Source: Bacillota bacterium (GTDB lineage: Bacteria; Bacillota; Clostridia; Christensenellales; CAG-917). From it: a stretch of DNA of 64,000 bases. The notes beneath the pieces were generated by a model. It did not search any database. It saw only the letters and a list, made by a program, of their open reading frames with translations, and was not told where the DNA came from. A program made the position numbers and the translations under genes. The stretch spans positions 83,914 through 147,913 of the forward strand of contig JAMPEA010000001.1 of assembly GCA_023665365.1 (NCBI GenBank). Reading direction: 5' to 3'. This document shows positions 7,790-16,994 of the stretch, one piece after another (the first letter of the stretch is position 1; every line of letters starts with the position of its first letter).

Positions 7790-8440
7790 GCAACAAAATC
7801 AAGTCACGGCTTTGGCAAAGCAAAATTTTTTTGCTTTGTCGTGCCGTTTACGCTGATTTTGTTGCGAGGTGGCAACAACTTGGGTAAACCTTGCGTCTTA
7901 GGTTCGGTAGGATTTCCCTGTGCGAAAACTTGCCGTCGCCGTGCAAGACGTTTCCGATTACTTCGCACATTCTTGCGAAAACCGAATCGCCACTTAGTAC
8001 ACACTATAATCCCCAAGTTGTTACGCGAACGAACAGTCTAGAAGATTTCCTTGGCAGATTCCCTCCGACCTTATCTTTTTTTGCAAAGCGGATTTCGATG
8101 AGCAATCGCCGATGCGTATTGGCCATACGGCAAGAGCGTGAATCTCAAATCCCTCCGCCTCACTCAAAGCAGGCTACACTGTACACAGCACGTAAGCACC
8201 GCATAAACAGGTTTCACCCCAGTCAGTAGAGGATTTGCGCCTCTACCGAGTTGGGTCTCCACGGCAGTTGGGTCGTGATTTGTATGCCATTACAAGTCGC
8301 CCAAAAACCTTAACTCCCAGCAACAGCCCCGATTTGGGCAAAAGAAGCCATCACCAGAAACTTCATCGATATGCCCTTCGACGATATTTTACCCCCGTCT
8401 CCGGCACGGCGGAATCTGACTAGAATACTGCGCCACCATT
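7790..8440 (-). ncRNA. Large (about 650 nt) structured non-coding RNA, OLE-like by size and gene context
   Basis: No long ORF in any frame. A consensus promoter sits just upstream. Long-range complementary segments: GGUGGC (8437..8432) with GCCACC (7873..7868), and an 11 bp pair at 8022..8012 with 7884..7874. Local hairpins include 8226..8246. A roughly 75 nt 3' rod spans 7790..7865 (12 bp outer stem plus 10 bp inner stem). The context (RNA, 4-TM protein, tlyA-nadK-argR-recN) matches what I recall for OLE RNA loci. Confidence 0.6.
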
Positions 8441-8446
8441 TATATT

Positions 8447-8474
8447 ATTATATCAATACTTTAAAATATGTCAA
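8447..8474 (-). promoter_or_regulatory. Consensus sigma-A promoter (TTGACA-16-TGaTATAAT) driving the large ncRNA
   Basis: -35 TTGACA at 8474..8469 and extended -10 TGATATAAT ending at 8447. It lies directly after the recG stop. The predicted start is near 8440. Confidence 0.7.
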
Positions 8475-8489
8475 CCGATAAGATTTTAA

Positions 8490-10520
8490 TCAACTGTTTA
8501 AAGTGACCTTTTTAAGCTCGCCTAAAAACGCATCCACGCGCGATTTTGAGCGTCGCGTCAATGCCGCAAGTTCTTCAAGAGTGAGATTTGAAAGCCTTTC
8601 GTCGGCATATTTTTTTGCGTCGGATAAAATTTCCGCCGACATTTTAAGCCCGAAAATCGGCGTAACGGAGCCGCCGCTTTGGCGCGTCCCCATAAAATCG
8701 CCCGCTCCTCGCATAGCAAAATCCGCCTCGGCAAGATACTGACCGTCGTTGTGCGCACAAAAGGTAGAAAGTCTGTCCTGCGCCTTATCGCTCGTCCCGT
8801 TTGAATGTACGTAGCAATGCGCCTCCGAGCCGTCCCTCCCTACGCGCCCGCGCAACTGATGCAGAGATGCCAACCCGAATCTGTCCGCTCCGAGTATAAA
8901 AATTTCGCTTGCAGAAGTATCTATGCCCACCTCTACGACCGTCGTTGCAACGAGCACTTGCGCTTTTCCGCTTGCAAACTCTCGCATAGCAAGCTCTTTT
9001 TCCGCATCGCTCATCTTTCCGTGCAGAATTCGTAAATCTAACCCATCGAATTTATTCTTATAATCTCGCATAAAGCTCTCAATGGACATTATGTCAAAAC
9101 CCTCTGCATCTACGATAGACGGACAAACTATAAAGGCTTGTTTGCCGCGTTTGCAAGCGGAGAGTATATGTTCTACGCCCTCGTCTATGCTATGCACTAT
9201 GCTTGTCTGCACGTTGGTCTTTGCATCCTCGCGCTTTTGTATGTATGAAATGCTTATGTCGTCGTAGAAAGTAAGCGCCATAGACCGAGGGATAGGCGTT
9301 GCGGTAAGCGAAAGCACGTCAACCGCGCCTTTACTTTCCAATAGACGACGTTCGTTCACTCCGAATTTATGCTGTTCATCGATGACGGCGAGCGAAAGAT
9401 TTTTGTAAGCCACGTCCTGCGAAATCAACGACTGCGTGCCGATTATACAGGATATTTTGCCCTCTTTGAGGTTTTGCAAAACGTCGCGGCGTTCGATTTC
9501 ACTGATAGACGAAGTAACCAATGCACAGTTTATGCCGAATTTATCCGCAATGCTCTTGAACTTTGAAAAGTGTTGCCTCGCAAGTATTTCCGTCGGCGCC
9601 ATAAGCGCGCACTGCTTTTTGCCAAGCGCGCTTGCAACCATAGCAAAGAAGGCAACCGCAGTCTTTCCGCTTCCGACGTCGCCGCTAACTATGCGCGACA
9701 TATAATTTTTTGAGCGCATATCGCTAAGGATTTCGTCAAATGCCTTAATTTGCGAGGGCGTAGGCACAAAATCAAGCGCATTTATAAACTCATCTATTCT
9801 AAAATTTGTCAAATTATATAATACTTTACGCGATTTTTCATCGGATTTACGAAGTTTTCGATACATTGAAAGCACGATAGCGAGGTCAAGCGACGCAAGC
9901 TCCGCCATAGCAAAAGACGCTTCATCTACACTTTTGGGATTATGTAAGCGCAAAAAGATATTCGTCATATCCTCGTTGACCGCCGCAAGTCTGCCCTCGT
10001 ATTTAGTCAACTTGATTTCATCAAGCGCATTCTGCATTATGTTTTTGAATGTGTTTTGCCCTATTATTCCCCTAAGCGGATAAACGGTATATATGTCTTT
10101 CAACTTTGAAATTTTGTTTAATCTTTCAAGTTGCGGGTTTACTACGTTAAACGCGCTGTCGTCTTTTGAAAGTCTGCCGAACAGTCTGTATTCGTCGCCG
10201 AGCTTAAACGTATCGTGAAGAAAAGGCATGTTATAAAACGTTGCCTTAAAATAAATGCGTTTATCCCCCGCAAGATTATCCGAAAAGCTCACGCTGAAAG
10301 AGCGTTTTCCTCTTGGCGACACGGCGGACACCTTTTGCACTTTGCCTTCAAACAGATTTAGCGTTCCGCGTTCGGCATCGATTACGCTTATCGGAGATTG
10401 CAAATCAATATATTTTGTCGGCAAAAAAGAAAAAAGCTCAAAAACCGATTTAATATCAAGTTCTTGCAACTTTTTTATTGTGGCATCGCCAACGCCTTTG
10501 ATTTGCGATAAAGTCAACAT
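8490..10520 (-). CDS. recG: ATP-dependent DNA helicase RecG
   Basis: 676 aa with GDVGSGKT, DEQHKFGV and QLRGRVGR motifs. Confidence 0.95.
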   Translation of the reverse strand: MLTLSQIKGVGDATIKKLQELDIKSVFELFSFLPTKYIDLQSPISVIDAERGTLNLFEGKVQKVSAVSPRGKRSFSVSFSDNLAGDKRIYFKATFYNMPFLHDTFKLGDEYRLFGRLSKDDSAFNVVNPQLERLNKISKLKDIYTVYPLRGIIGQNTFKNIMQNALDEIKLTKYEGRLAAVNEDMTNIFLRLHNPKSVDEASFAMAELASLDLAIVLSMYRKLRKSDEKSRKVLYNLTNFRIDEFINALDFVPTPSQIKAFDEILSDMRSKNYMSRIVSGDVGSGKTAVAFFAMVASALGKKQCALMAPTEILARQHFSKFKSIADKFGINCALVTSSISEIERRDVLQNLKEGKISCIIGTQSLISQDVAYKNLSLAVIDEQHKFGVNERRLLESKGAVDVLSLTATPIPRSMALTFYDDISISYIQKREDAKTNVQTSIVHSIDEGVEHILSACKRGKQAFIVCPSIVDAEGFDIMSIESFMRDYKNKFDGLDLRILHGKMSDAEKELAMREFASGKAQVLVATTVVEVGIDTSASEIFILGADRFGLASLHQLRGRVGRDGSEAHCYVHSNGTSDKAQDRLSTFCAHNDGQYLAEADFAMRGAGDFMGTRQSGGSVTPIFGLKMSAEILSDAKKYADERLSNLTLEELAALTRRSKSRVDAFLGELKKVTLNS

Positions 10521-10529
10521 ATCGGCAAT

Positions 10530-12188
10530 CTATTCGGCTGAAATAATATAGAAATAGTGCGGCTGACCGCCGAAGTAGCAAGCGACTTCTATGTCGGGAA
10601 GCTCGCTCGACACGCTTTGAACGAGCGCTTCGGCGTCCTCCTGCGACACGCCCTCACCATAGTATAGCGTGACCATATCCTTGTTTTGCGCAATCTTTTT
10701 GATAGTGCTGATTGCCGCCTGCGCAACCGATTGATTTTTTGCGACGATTTTTTTGTTGTTTATCCCTATTATGTCGCCCTCTTTCACGGAAAATCCGTTC
10801 ATTCGCGTATTGCGCACGGCATGAGTAATCTCTGCAACACACGTACTGCCGAGAGTCGCGCACATGTTGTCGTAGTTGGTTACACCGTCCGCTTCCAAAT
10901 CATATGCGAGCATTGCCGAAATTCCCTCGGGCATATTTGTCGTAGGTATTACGAATACGTTGGGCTTGGCAAGTTCCTTTGCCTGATTTGCGGCGAGAAT
11001 TATATTGCTATTGTTCGGCAGTATATACACGTTTTTCGCTTGCGCGTTAGTTATTGCGGTGAGAATTGCGTCCACGCTCGGATTCATAGTCTGCCCGCCC
11101 TCGACAACCACATCTACCATAAGGTCTTTGAAGATTGCCGCAAGTCCCTCGCCGCAGCACACTGATATAACTGCGTTTTCTTTGAGTTCCACCTCAGAAC
11201 CCGCCGCATCGCCCGCGTGGATTTTGCGATACTGTTCGAGCATATTTTCTATCTTTACGCCGTCGAGCTCGCCGAGATTGAGCGCCGATTTCAGCGCACG
11301 GTCGGGATTGTTGGTGTGTACGTGGGTTTTTACGAGGTCAGTATCCCCGATTACAAGAACGCAATCGCCGATTGTCATAAGATAGTTGCGGAATTTGTCA
11401 ATCGAAGCGTCGGTGACGTCGTTTTTCAAGTGAGTTATAAAAAATTCCGTACAATACTGGAAAGTGATATTTTCGTAGTCGTTTTCTAACGTATCGAATT
11501 CTTTATTAGATGACGTTTGCGCGTCGTCGAGTTTGTCGAATTTGACGCTCTCGCCGCTTATCAGCACCAAATCAAGCCCCGCAAGCGTGCGATACATGCC
11601 GTCGAACACGGTGAGTATTCCTCGTCCGCCGGCGTCTACCACACCCGCCTTTTTGAGTACGGGCAACATTTCGGGGGTTTTTTGGAGAATTTCCTCGCCT
11701 GCGTCGATGACTTTTTTCAGAAAGTCTACCATTTCGACTTTCTTTCCGCGCGACGCGGAAGCGGCGGTTTCTGCCATTTGGCGTATAACGGTGAGTATCG
11801 TGCCCTCTTTTGGTTTTGTGACTGCGCTATATGCAATCTCAGTGCCGCGCTTTAAGCACTCCGCAAAAGACTTGACGGTGATTTCCGTCTTTCCGTCGAG
11901 CGCGAGCGAAAAGCCCTTGAATATCTGCGACGTGATAACGCCGGAGTTTCCGCGAGCGCCTTTTAGCGCTCCGCGCGAAAAAGCGGTGGCGATTTCGCCT
12001 ACGTGAACGGAGTCGCAAGCGTTTGCTTCGCGCAAAGCCGACGCAACGGTGAGCGACATATTAGTGCCCGTATCTCCGTCCGGCACAGGAAATACGTTGA
12101 GCGCGTCAACCGTATCGCGGTTGAGTTCAAGCGCGCGAGCGCCTCCCGCCAACATTTCTTTGAATTTTGATCCGTCTATTTTTATCAT
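10530..12188 (-). CDS. yloV: DAK2 domain fusion protein YloV
   Basis: 552 aa with an N-terminal Dak2 motif (VFPVPDGDTGTNM). The conserved asp23-yloV-recG order is present. Confidence 0.9.
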   Translation of the reverse strand: MIKIDGSKFKEMLAGGARALELNRDTVDALNVFPVPDGDTGTNMSLTVASALREANACDSVHVGEIATAFSRGALKGARGNSGVITSQIFKGFSLALDGKTEITVKSFAECLKRGTEIAYSAVTKPKEGTILTVIRQMAETAASASRGKKVEMVDFLKKVIDAGEEILQKTPEMLPVLKKAGVVDAGGRGILTVFDGMYRTLAGLDLVLISGESVKFDKLDDAQTSSNKEFDTLENDYENITFQYCTEFFITHLKNDVTDASIDKFRNYLMTIGDCVLVIGDTDLVKTHVHTNNPDRALKSALNLGELDGVKIENMLEQYRKIHAGDAAGSEVELKENAVISVCCGEGLAAIFKDLMVDVVVEGGQTMNPSVDAILTAITNAQAKNVYILPNNSNIILAANQAKELAKPNVFVIPTTNMPEGISAMLAYDLEADGVTNYDNMCATLGSTCVAEITHAVRNTRMNGFSVKEGDIIGINNKKIVAKNQSVAQAAISTIKKIAQNKDMVTLYYGEGVSQEDAEALVQSVSSELPDIEVACYFGGQPHYFYIISAE

Positions 12189-12200
12189 ACGTTGTTCCTA

Positions 12201-12560
12201 TTAAATGCGGAGCCCTACGACGTTTACGTGGACGCGCTTGACGCACATACCCGTAAAAGTTTCAACAGAAAACTTCACTGCGTCGGATAACGATTTTTTC
12301 ACGGCTTCTTCGCTTTCGCTTACGCTGCGCTTCAACACCGCATAGACCTCTATATAGATATAGCTGTCAACCGTCTGAACTATGACTCCTTTTCCTTGCT
12401 GGGGATTTTTGCTGAATAGCTGTCCGAAATTATCGCTAAAACGGCGTGATACCAAATCAACCACGCCATAGCACTCCGAAGCGGCGTGCGAAGCTACCGC
12501 CTGCACCGCCTCATCGCTTATGGAAATCTTTCCGAACTTATTAGATGTTGTAAGCGACAT
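12201..12560 (-). CDS. Asp23/Gls24 family envelope stress protein (YloU-like)
   Basis: 119 aa (GKISISDEAVQAVASHAASECYGVVDL...). Located upstream of yloV as in Bacillus. Confidence 0.88.
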   Translation of the reverse strand: MSLTTSNKFGKISISDEAVQAVASHAASECYGVVDLVSRRFSDNFGQLFSKNPQQGKGVIVQTVDSYIYIEVYAVLKRSVSESEEAVKKSLSDAVKFSVETFTGMCVKRVHVNVVGLRI

Positions 12561-12634
12561 AATACACCTTGTTCAAAATTTTACTATATATTCATATTTT
12601 TTGCAACTAAATCACAAATTTTGCTCAAATTCAG

Positions 12635-12663
12635 TTGCAAAAGAAAGTTATATTTGTTATTAT
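12635..12663 (+). promoter_or_regulatory. Promoter of rpmB (TTGCAA-17-TATTAT, TG-extended)
   Basis: -35 at 12635..12640 and -10 at 12658..12663. Confidence 0.5.
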
Positions 12664-12691
12664 AACAACGTTCTATTTAGGAGGTGACATT

Positions 12692-12883
12692 ATGTCCAAA
12701 GTTTGCAGTGTATGCGGAAAAGGCAGGATGAGCGGAAACGCCGTCAGCCACAGTCATAGAAAAACAAGGCGCAGTTGGATTCCCAACGTGCAGAAAGTTA
12801 AAGTCAACACTCCCACGGGCGGCGTAAAAGAAGTGTACGTTTGCACGCGTTGCTTGCGCTCGGGCAAAGTAGACAGAGCCTAA
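12692..12883 (+). CDS. rpmB: 50S ribosomal protein L28
   Basis: MSKVCSVCGKGRMSGNAVSHSHRKTRRSWIPNVQKV... with AGGAGG 8 nt upstream of ATG 12692. The ORF-track start at 12635 is too early. Confidence 0.95.
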   Translation: MSKVCSVCGKGRMSGNAVSHSHRKTRRSWIPNVQKVKVNTPTGGVKEVYVCTRCLRSGKVDRA

Positions 12884-12906
12884 TCGGTCAAATTTGTTTT
12901 CAAACC

Positions 12907-12939
12907 AAAACCACCCCGTACTTTCTGCGAGGTGGTTTT
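12907..12939. terminator. Bidirectional terminator shared by rpmB (+) and the spoVM-like ORF (-)
   Basis: AAAACCACC-N15-GGTGGTTTT, with A/T runs on both sides. Confidence 0.55.
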
Positions 12940-12950
12940 ATGTATTATCT

Positions 12951-13037
12951 TTACTGCTCCTTAGCGCTTTTGCGAGTAAACAGTTTGAGTATTGCCTTCA
13001 CTATCCTTGGCGGATTGATACATATTATCTTGTTCAT
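12951..13037 (-). CDS. spoVM: SpoVM-like 28 aa sporulation micro-protein (not in the ORF track)
   Basis: My own translation gives MNKIICINPPRIVKAILKLFTRKSAKEQ, with GGAGGG 4 nt upstream. The pattern M-x4-I-x2-P-(K/R)-x4-IL-x2-F matches B. subtilis SpoVM (MKFYTIKLPKFLGGIVRAMLGSFRKD). The position between rpmB and rpe matches the B. subtilis locus. Confidence 0.6.
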   Translation of the reverse strand: MNKIICINPPRIVKAILKLFTRKSAKEQ

Positions 13038-13093
13038 GACGCCCTCCGTTTTTTATAGATTATGTTGCATAATCGCAAAGGGTGACACAAATT

Positions 13094-13738
13094 TTAAATC
13101 TGCATAGCCTCGATAGCTTTATGAGGGTCGCTCGCTTTAAACACCGCGCTTCCCGCCACGGCAATATCCGTTCCGACGCTTTTTACGAGCCTAATATTTT
13201 CGGGGCAGACTCCCCCGTCTATTTCTATCAAGAAATCCAGCCCGCGTTCTTTGCGGATTTCGTCGGCGCGGCGCGCCTTATCAAGGCAGTTTTCCTTGAA
13301 ACTCTGACCGCCGAAGCCCGCCTGCACCGTCATAATCACGAGCAAATCGATTTTATCGAGATACGGCACGGCAATATCGAGCGACTGATCGGCGTTGACT
13401 GCAACACCGCACTTTTTTCCGCACGACTTGATTGTTTCGAGCGCGCCGAGCACGTCGTCGGAAGCCTCGGGGTGAAAAGTCACAATATCCGCGCCCGCCT
13501 TGCAAAACTGCTCTACGTACTTCTCGGGTTTAGTTATCATAAGATGTGCGTCAAGCGGCAAATCCGTATACTTGCGAAGCGCGCTTATCATCGGCATGCC
13601 GAACGTGATATTAGGCACGTACACGCCGTCCATCACGTCGCAATGCACAAGGTCGGCGTGCCACTTTTTCAGATTGTCCATTGCCTCTGCCATTTTGCAA
13701 AAATCAGCCGAAAGTATAGACGGCGCTACTTTTATCAT
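13094..13738 (-). CDS. rpe: Ribulose-phosphate 3-epimerase
   Basis: MIKVAPSILSADF..., HCDVMDG, DGG. The start is moved to ATG 13738, which has AAGGAG upstream. The longer track ORF overlaps rsgA. Confidence 0.93.
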   Translation of the reverse strand: MIKVAPSILSADFCKMAEAMDNLKKWHADLVHCDVMDGVYVPNITFGMPMISALRKYTDLPLDAHLMITKPEKYVEQFCKAGADIVTFHPEASDDVLGALETIKSCGKKCGVAVNADQSLDIAVPYLDKIDLLVIMTVQAGFGGQSFKENCLDKARRADEIRKERGLDFLIEIDGGVCPENIRLVKSVGTDIAVAGSAVFKASDPHKAIEAMQI

Positions 13739-13799
13739 TTCGTACTCCTTTAATAGGCGCGATATGGTTATCGCGTTATTTAGTATAAAAATTACGTTA

Positions 13800-14654
13800 T
13801 TATTGATACCTGTTTTCTCTGCGCTGTTTAAGCTCGTTGAAGATGGCTTTGTATCTTTCATATCTGCCCTCGCCTATCTCGTATCCCACGTGCGCTTTGA
13901 CGGCGCAGTCGGGCTCGTCGATATGCGTACAGGTATTAAACCTGCATTGCGGGCGAAACTCCTCCAAATCGTCGAAGTAAATTCTGAGATTTTCAGGCTC
14001 CATATCCACCGCTTCGAGCATTGAAAATCCGCAGGTATCGACCAAATACGTGCCGTCGGCAAGAGGCAAAATTTCCGTGCGGCGAGTGGTATTTTTTCCG
14101 CGTTTAATCTTCTTTGCGAGTTCGCCTACTTCGAGCAAATCGCTTCCGAGGATTGCGTTGATTATCGAACTCTTGCCAACTGCGGACTGCCCCGCAAAGC
14201 AGACGGTTTTGCCGAGCGAGGCGTATACGATTTTATCTATGCCAAGCCCGCTTTGCGCACTGCATTCGATTATATCCAAAACGCTTTCGTACTCGCGCGT
14301 ATCTACGGGCGATATATCGCATTTATTGACGATAAGTATCGGGCGAATACCCTCGCTGTGGCAGTTTACGATTATCTTGTCTGCAAGCAGAAAATCCGAT
14401 TGCGGCTCGCAAGCGACGACGATAAAACATACGTCGATATTGCTTACGTAGGGGCGTATCAACGAGTTCTTTCGCGGCTTGACCTCCTCAATGACAAAGC
14501 TGTCGCGCTCGCGGGCAATGGACACGCAGTCGCCGACGAATATATTTCCGTCCTGTTTCAGCTTTTTACGAGCAAAGCAAACCTTTACGCCGTCCGCCGT
14601 ATCGACGAAAAACTTTGACGCAACCGCTTTTACGACCCTGCCGTCAGTTTTCAT
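13800..14654 (-). CDS. rsgA: Ribosome small-subunit-dependent GTPase A
   Basis: 284 aa with NKCD, GQSAVGKSS and a C-terminal zinc motif CRFNTCTHIDEPDCAV. Confidence 0.93.
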   Translation of the reverse strand: MKTDGRVVKAVASKFFVDTADGVKVCFARKKLKQDGNIFVGDCVSIARERDSFVIEEVKPRKNSLIRPYVSNIDVCFIVVACEPQSDFLLADKIIVNCHSEGIRPILIVNKCDISPVDTREYESVLDIIECSAQSGLGIDKIVYASLGKTVCFAGQSAVGKSSIINAILGSDLLEVGELAKKIKRGKNTTRRTEILPLADGTYLVDTCGFSMLEAVDMEPENLRIYFDDLEEFRPQCRFNTCTHIDEPDCAVKAHVGYEIGEGRYERYKAIFNELKQRRENRYQ

Positions 14655-15723
14655 CTGCCGTTTCCTCCAAATAGCGTCTGCGCAGTTGTCCGCAAGCGCC
14701 CTCTATATCGCCGCCCAAATTTCTGCGTATAGTCGCCGATACTCCGAGTTTTTCGAGCTTATGCAAAAACTCGGTTGCGGCATCGGCAGACGGCGCGCGA
14801 TAGTCGTTTTCTTTGACCTCGTTAAGCCTTATCAAATTGACGTGCGCGGGAAATCCCGCCGTAATTTTCGCAAGCTGTTTTGCGCAAGCATCCGAGTCGT
14901 TTTTGCCGCGTATGAGCGTATATTCGAATATCACGCGTCTGCCCGTCTTTTGAAAATAGTATTTTGCCGCGCGGACGATTTCGTCGATGCCATATGCCTT
15001 ATTTACGGGCATAAGCGCGCTTCGCATATCGTCGAACGGCGCGTGTAAGCTGATTGAAAGCGTGACCTTGTGTCCGCTGTCGGCAAATTTCATTATCTTG
15101 TCGCAAAGTCCGGACGTCGACAGAGAGATATTGCGCTCGCCTATGTTTAATCCGTTTTCATCGCCGACCGCCGTAAGAAACGCGAGCACGTTCTCGTAGT
15201 TGTCAAACGGTTCGCCGCTACCCATAAGCACGAGCTTTGCGACGGCGCGGTTTTTCGCGCTTCCGCCGTTATTGCGATTGACCGCTATCACTTGCCCGAG
15301 CATTTCGGCAACGGTCAGATTGCGAACGAGTCCGTCAAGTCCGCTCGCGCAGAAAGTACAGCCCATTCTGCACCCTATTTGTGTAGATAGACAAAGCGTA
15401 TTGCCGTAGTCGTGCGGCATATAAACGCCCTCGATGAGATTGCCGTCTTGCAGTTTGAAAAGATATTTTTTCGTACCGCCCTTGCCCTCATACACGCGCA
15501 AAATCTTGACTGGGTTCGCAATGAAATTTTCGGCGAGATAGGCGCGCAATTCCTTTTTTAAGGAAGTCATCTCGTCAAAGTCCTTGCCGTCCGCAAGAAA
15601 TCCGAAAATCTGCGTTCCGCAAAAAGATGGATAATTCGGAAGCAAATCCGCTATCTCTATTTTTTGCAGTCCGAGCAAGGTCGGTTTAATTTCGTTGCGT
15701 TTTTCGGTCATTTTATTTCTCAC
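14644..15723 (-). CDS. rlmN: 23S rRNA/tRNA (adenine-C2)-methyltransferase RlmN (radical SAM)
   Basis: 359 aa with CRMGCTFCASG, MGSGEP and a C-terminal GACGQL. Confidence 0.93.
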   Translation of the reverse strand: MRNKMTEKRNEIKPTLLGLQKIEIADLLPNYPSFCGTQIFGFLADGKDFDEMTSLKKELRAYLAENFIANPVKILRVYEGKGGTKKYLFKLQDGNLIEGVYMPHDYGNTLCLSTQIGCRMGCTFCASGLDGLVRNLTVAEMLGQVIAVNRNNGGSAKNRAVAKLVLMGSGEPFDNYENVLAFLTAVGDENGLNIGERNISLSTSGLCDKIMKFADSGHKVTLSISLHAPFDDMRSALMPVNKAYGIDEIVRAAKYYFQKTGRRVIFEYTLIRGKNDSDACAKQLAKITAGFPAHVNLIRLNEVKENDYRAPSADAATEFLHKLEKLGVSATIRRNLGGDIEGACGQLRRRYLEETADEN

Positions 15724-16994
15724 AGTTTACGCAGTTTAGCGATATAAAATCCATCATATTCGCCGTGCGGCAATATCTGCGCGCTTCCGCCGTTATCTAT
15801 ATATATTCCGCCCTCCAAGCCGTCCAAAGCGGAAATATGTACAGGCTCGAATTTGCCGCTTTTGAGCAAATCCGATACGACCGCGTCGTTTTCCTCCTCA
15901 AACAAGGTGCAAGTGGAATATATCAAAATCCCGCCCTTTTTGACGTATTCGCCCGCGTTTTTAAGTATGAGTTTTTGCGTCGCCGCAAGCGTTTCAATCT
16001 CCTTTTCTCCGCGCGACAGAAATACGTCGGGATGCTTTAAAAACGTGCCGAAGCAGGAACACGGAACGTCGGCAAGCACGCGGTCGAAGTTCTCTTTCCA
16101 TTCGGGCTTGTACACGGTCGCGTCGCATTGCACGGGCGTTACGTTATCGGCGCGCATGCGCTTTTTATATTTTTCTATAAGGTTAATTCTGTGCGGGTGG
16201 AGCTCGCAAGCGACTATCTCGCCATCCCTGCAAATTTCGCTTGCGTACACGGCTTTTCCGCCGGGTGCGGAGCATATATCGAGGATTCTGCCGCCGCTTT
16301 GAGGAGCGAGCGCCTGCACCGCAAGCATACTCGACGGCGATTGATACGTCACAAGTCCTTTGTCAAATAACCGTTTTATGATAGGCGTGCCGCGGGCAAT
16401 TATCCCTCCAACCTCGCTCAGCTTGCACTTTTCGCCCTTTGCGTTCAGTTCGTCTAAAATGCTTTGCGCGGTCGTCAATCGCAAATTGGGTCGAATATGT
16501 TCAAGATGCTCGGACTTAGCCGTTATTATTTCAAGCGTCTTTTCATAGCCGTACTGATTTTTCAGCTTATCGATAAACCACTGCGGCTTCGAGTAGGTCA
16601 CGGATAAATAATTGTCGTCATCTTTGCTCGGCAACGTATAATCGCCGTTTGCGACTTTTTTCAAAACGGCGTTGACAAAGCCGCTTGCTCCGCCCTTTCC
16701 GATTGCCTTTGCGCTTTCGACGCACTCGCTTACGATGGCAAACTTCGGCACGTCCGTCAAGTTTTCGAGCGCATATACGCCTATTTTTAAAAGCACGTTT
16801 ATGGCGCGTTGAGGTCTTTTATCCACCAGCTCGGATAGGATATAGTCTATGCGCAAAGCGTTTTCGAGCACTCCGTACACAAGCAGGGTCGCCATATCGC
16901 TAACGTCCTCGCTATAAAAAGCCATATTGCTGTAAGCGTTTTCGCCCTCGATACGCGTCAAAATGCGGTGCGCCTGCAAAATATGCCTTTTCAT
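15720..16994 (-). CDS. rsmB: 16S rRNA (cytosine967-C5)-methyltransferase
   Basis: 424 aa with a NusB-like N-terminal domain, DICSAPGGK, DVPCS and a YSTCT motif. Confidence 0.9.
   Translation of the reverse strand: MKRHILQAHRILTRIEGENAYSNMAFYSEDVSDMATLLVYGVLENALRIDYILSELVDKRPQRAINVLLKIGVYALENLTDVPKFAIVSECVESAKAIGKGGASGFVNAVLKKVANGDYTLPSKDDDNYLSVTYSKPQWFIDKLKNQYGYEKTLEIITAKSEHLEHIRPNLRLTTAQSILDELNAKGEKCKLSEVGGIIARGTPIIKRLFDKGLVTYQSPSSMLAVQALAPQSGGRILDICSAPGGKAVYASEICRDGEIVACELHPHRINLIEKYKKRMRADNVTPVQCDATVYKPEWKENFDRVLADVPCSCFGTFLKHPDVFLSRGEKEIETLAATQKLILKNAGEYVKKGGILIYSTCTLFEEENDAVVSDLLKSGKFEPVHISALDGLEGGIYIDNGGSAQILPHGEYDGFYIAKLRKL

Noticed and set aside
7410-8423. Several 60-112 aa ORFs on both strands (7410..7622, 7804..8016, 7841..8041, 7891..8229, 8235..8423)
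   Set aside because: They overlap one another in different frames, have no SD sequences and are Arg/Pro/Ser-rich. They lie inside the tandem repeat and the structured-RNA interval, so a non-coding interpretation explains the region better.
13082-13753. 223 aa plus-strand ORF. Other long antisense ORFs were also noted, including 19471..20304, 24965..25654, 45338..46243, 46280..47089, 60547..61344 and 53562..54209
   Set aside because: Each lies opposite a confidently identified housekeeping gene and has an His/Arg-rich shadow-frame composition.
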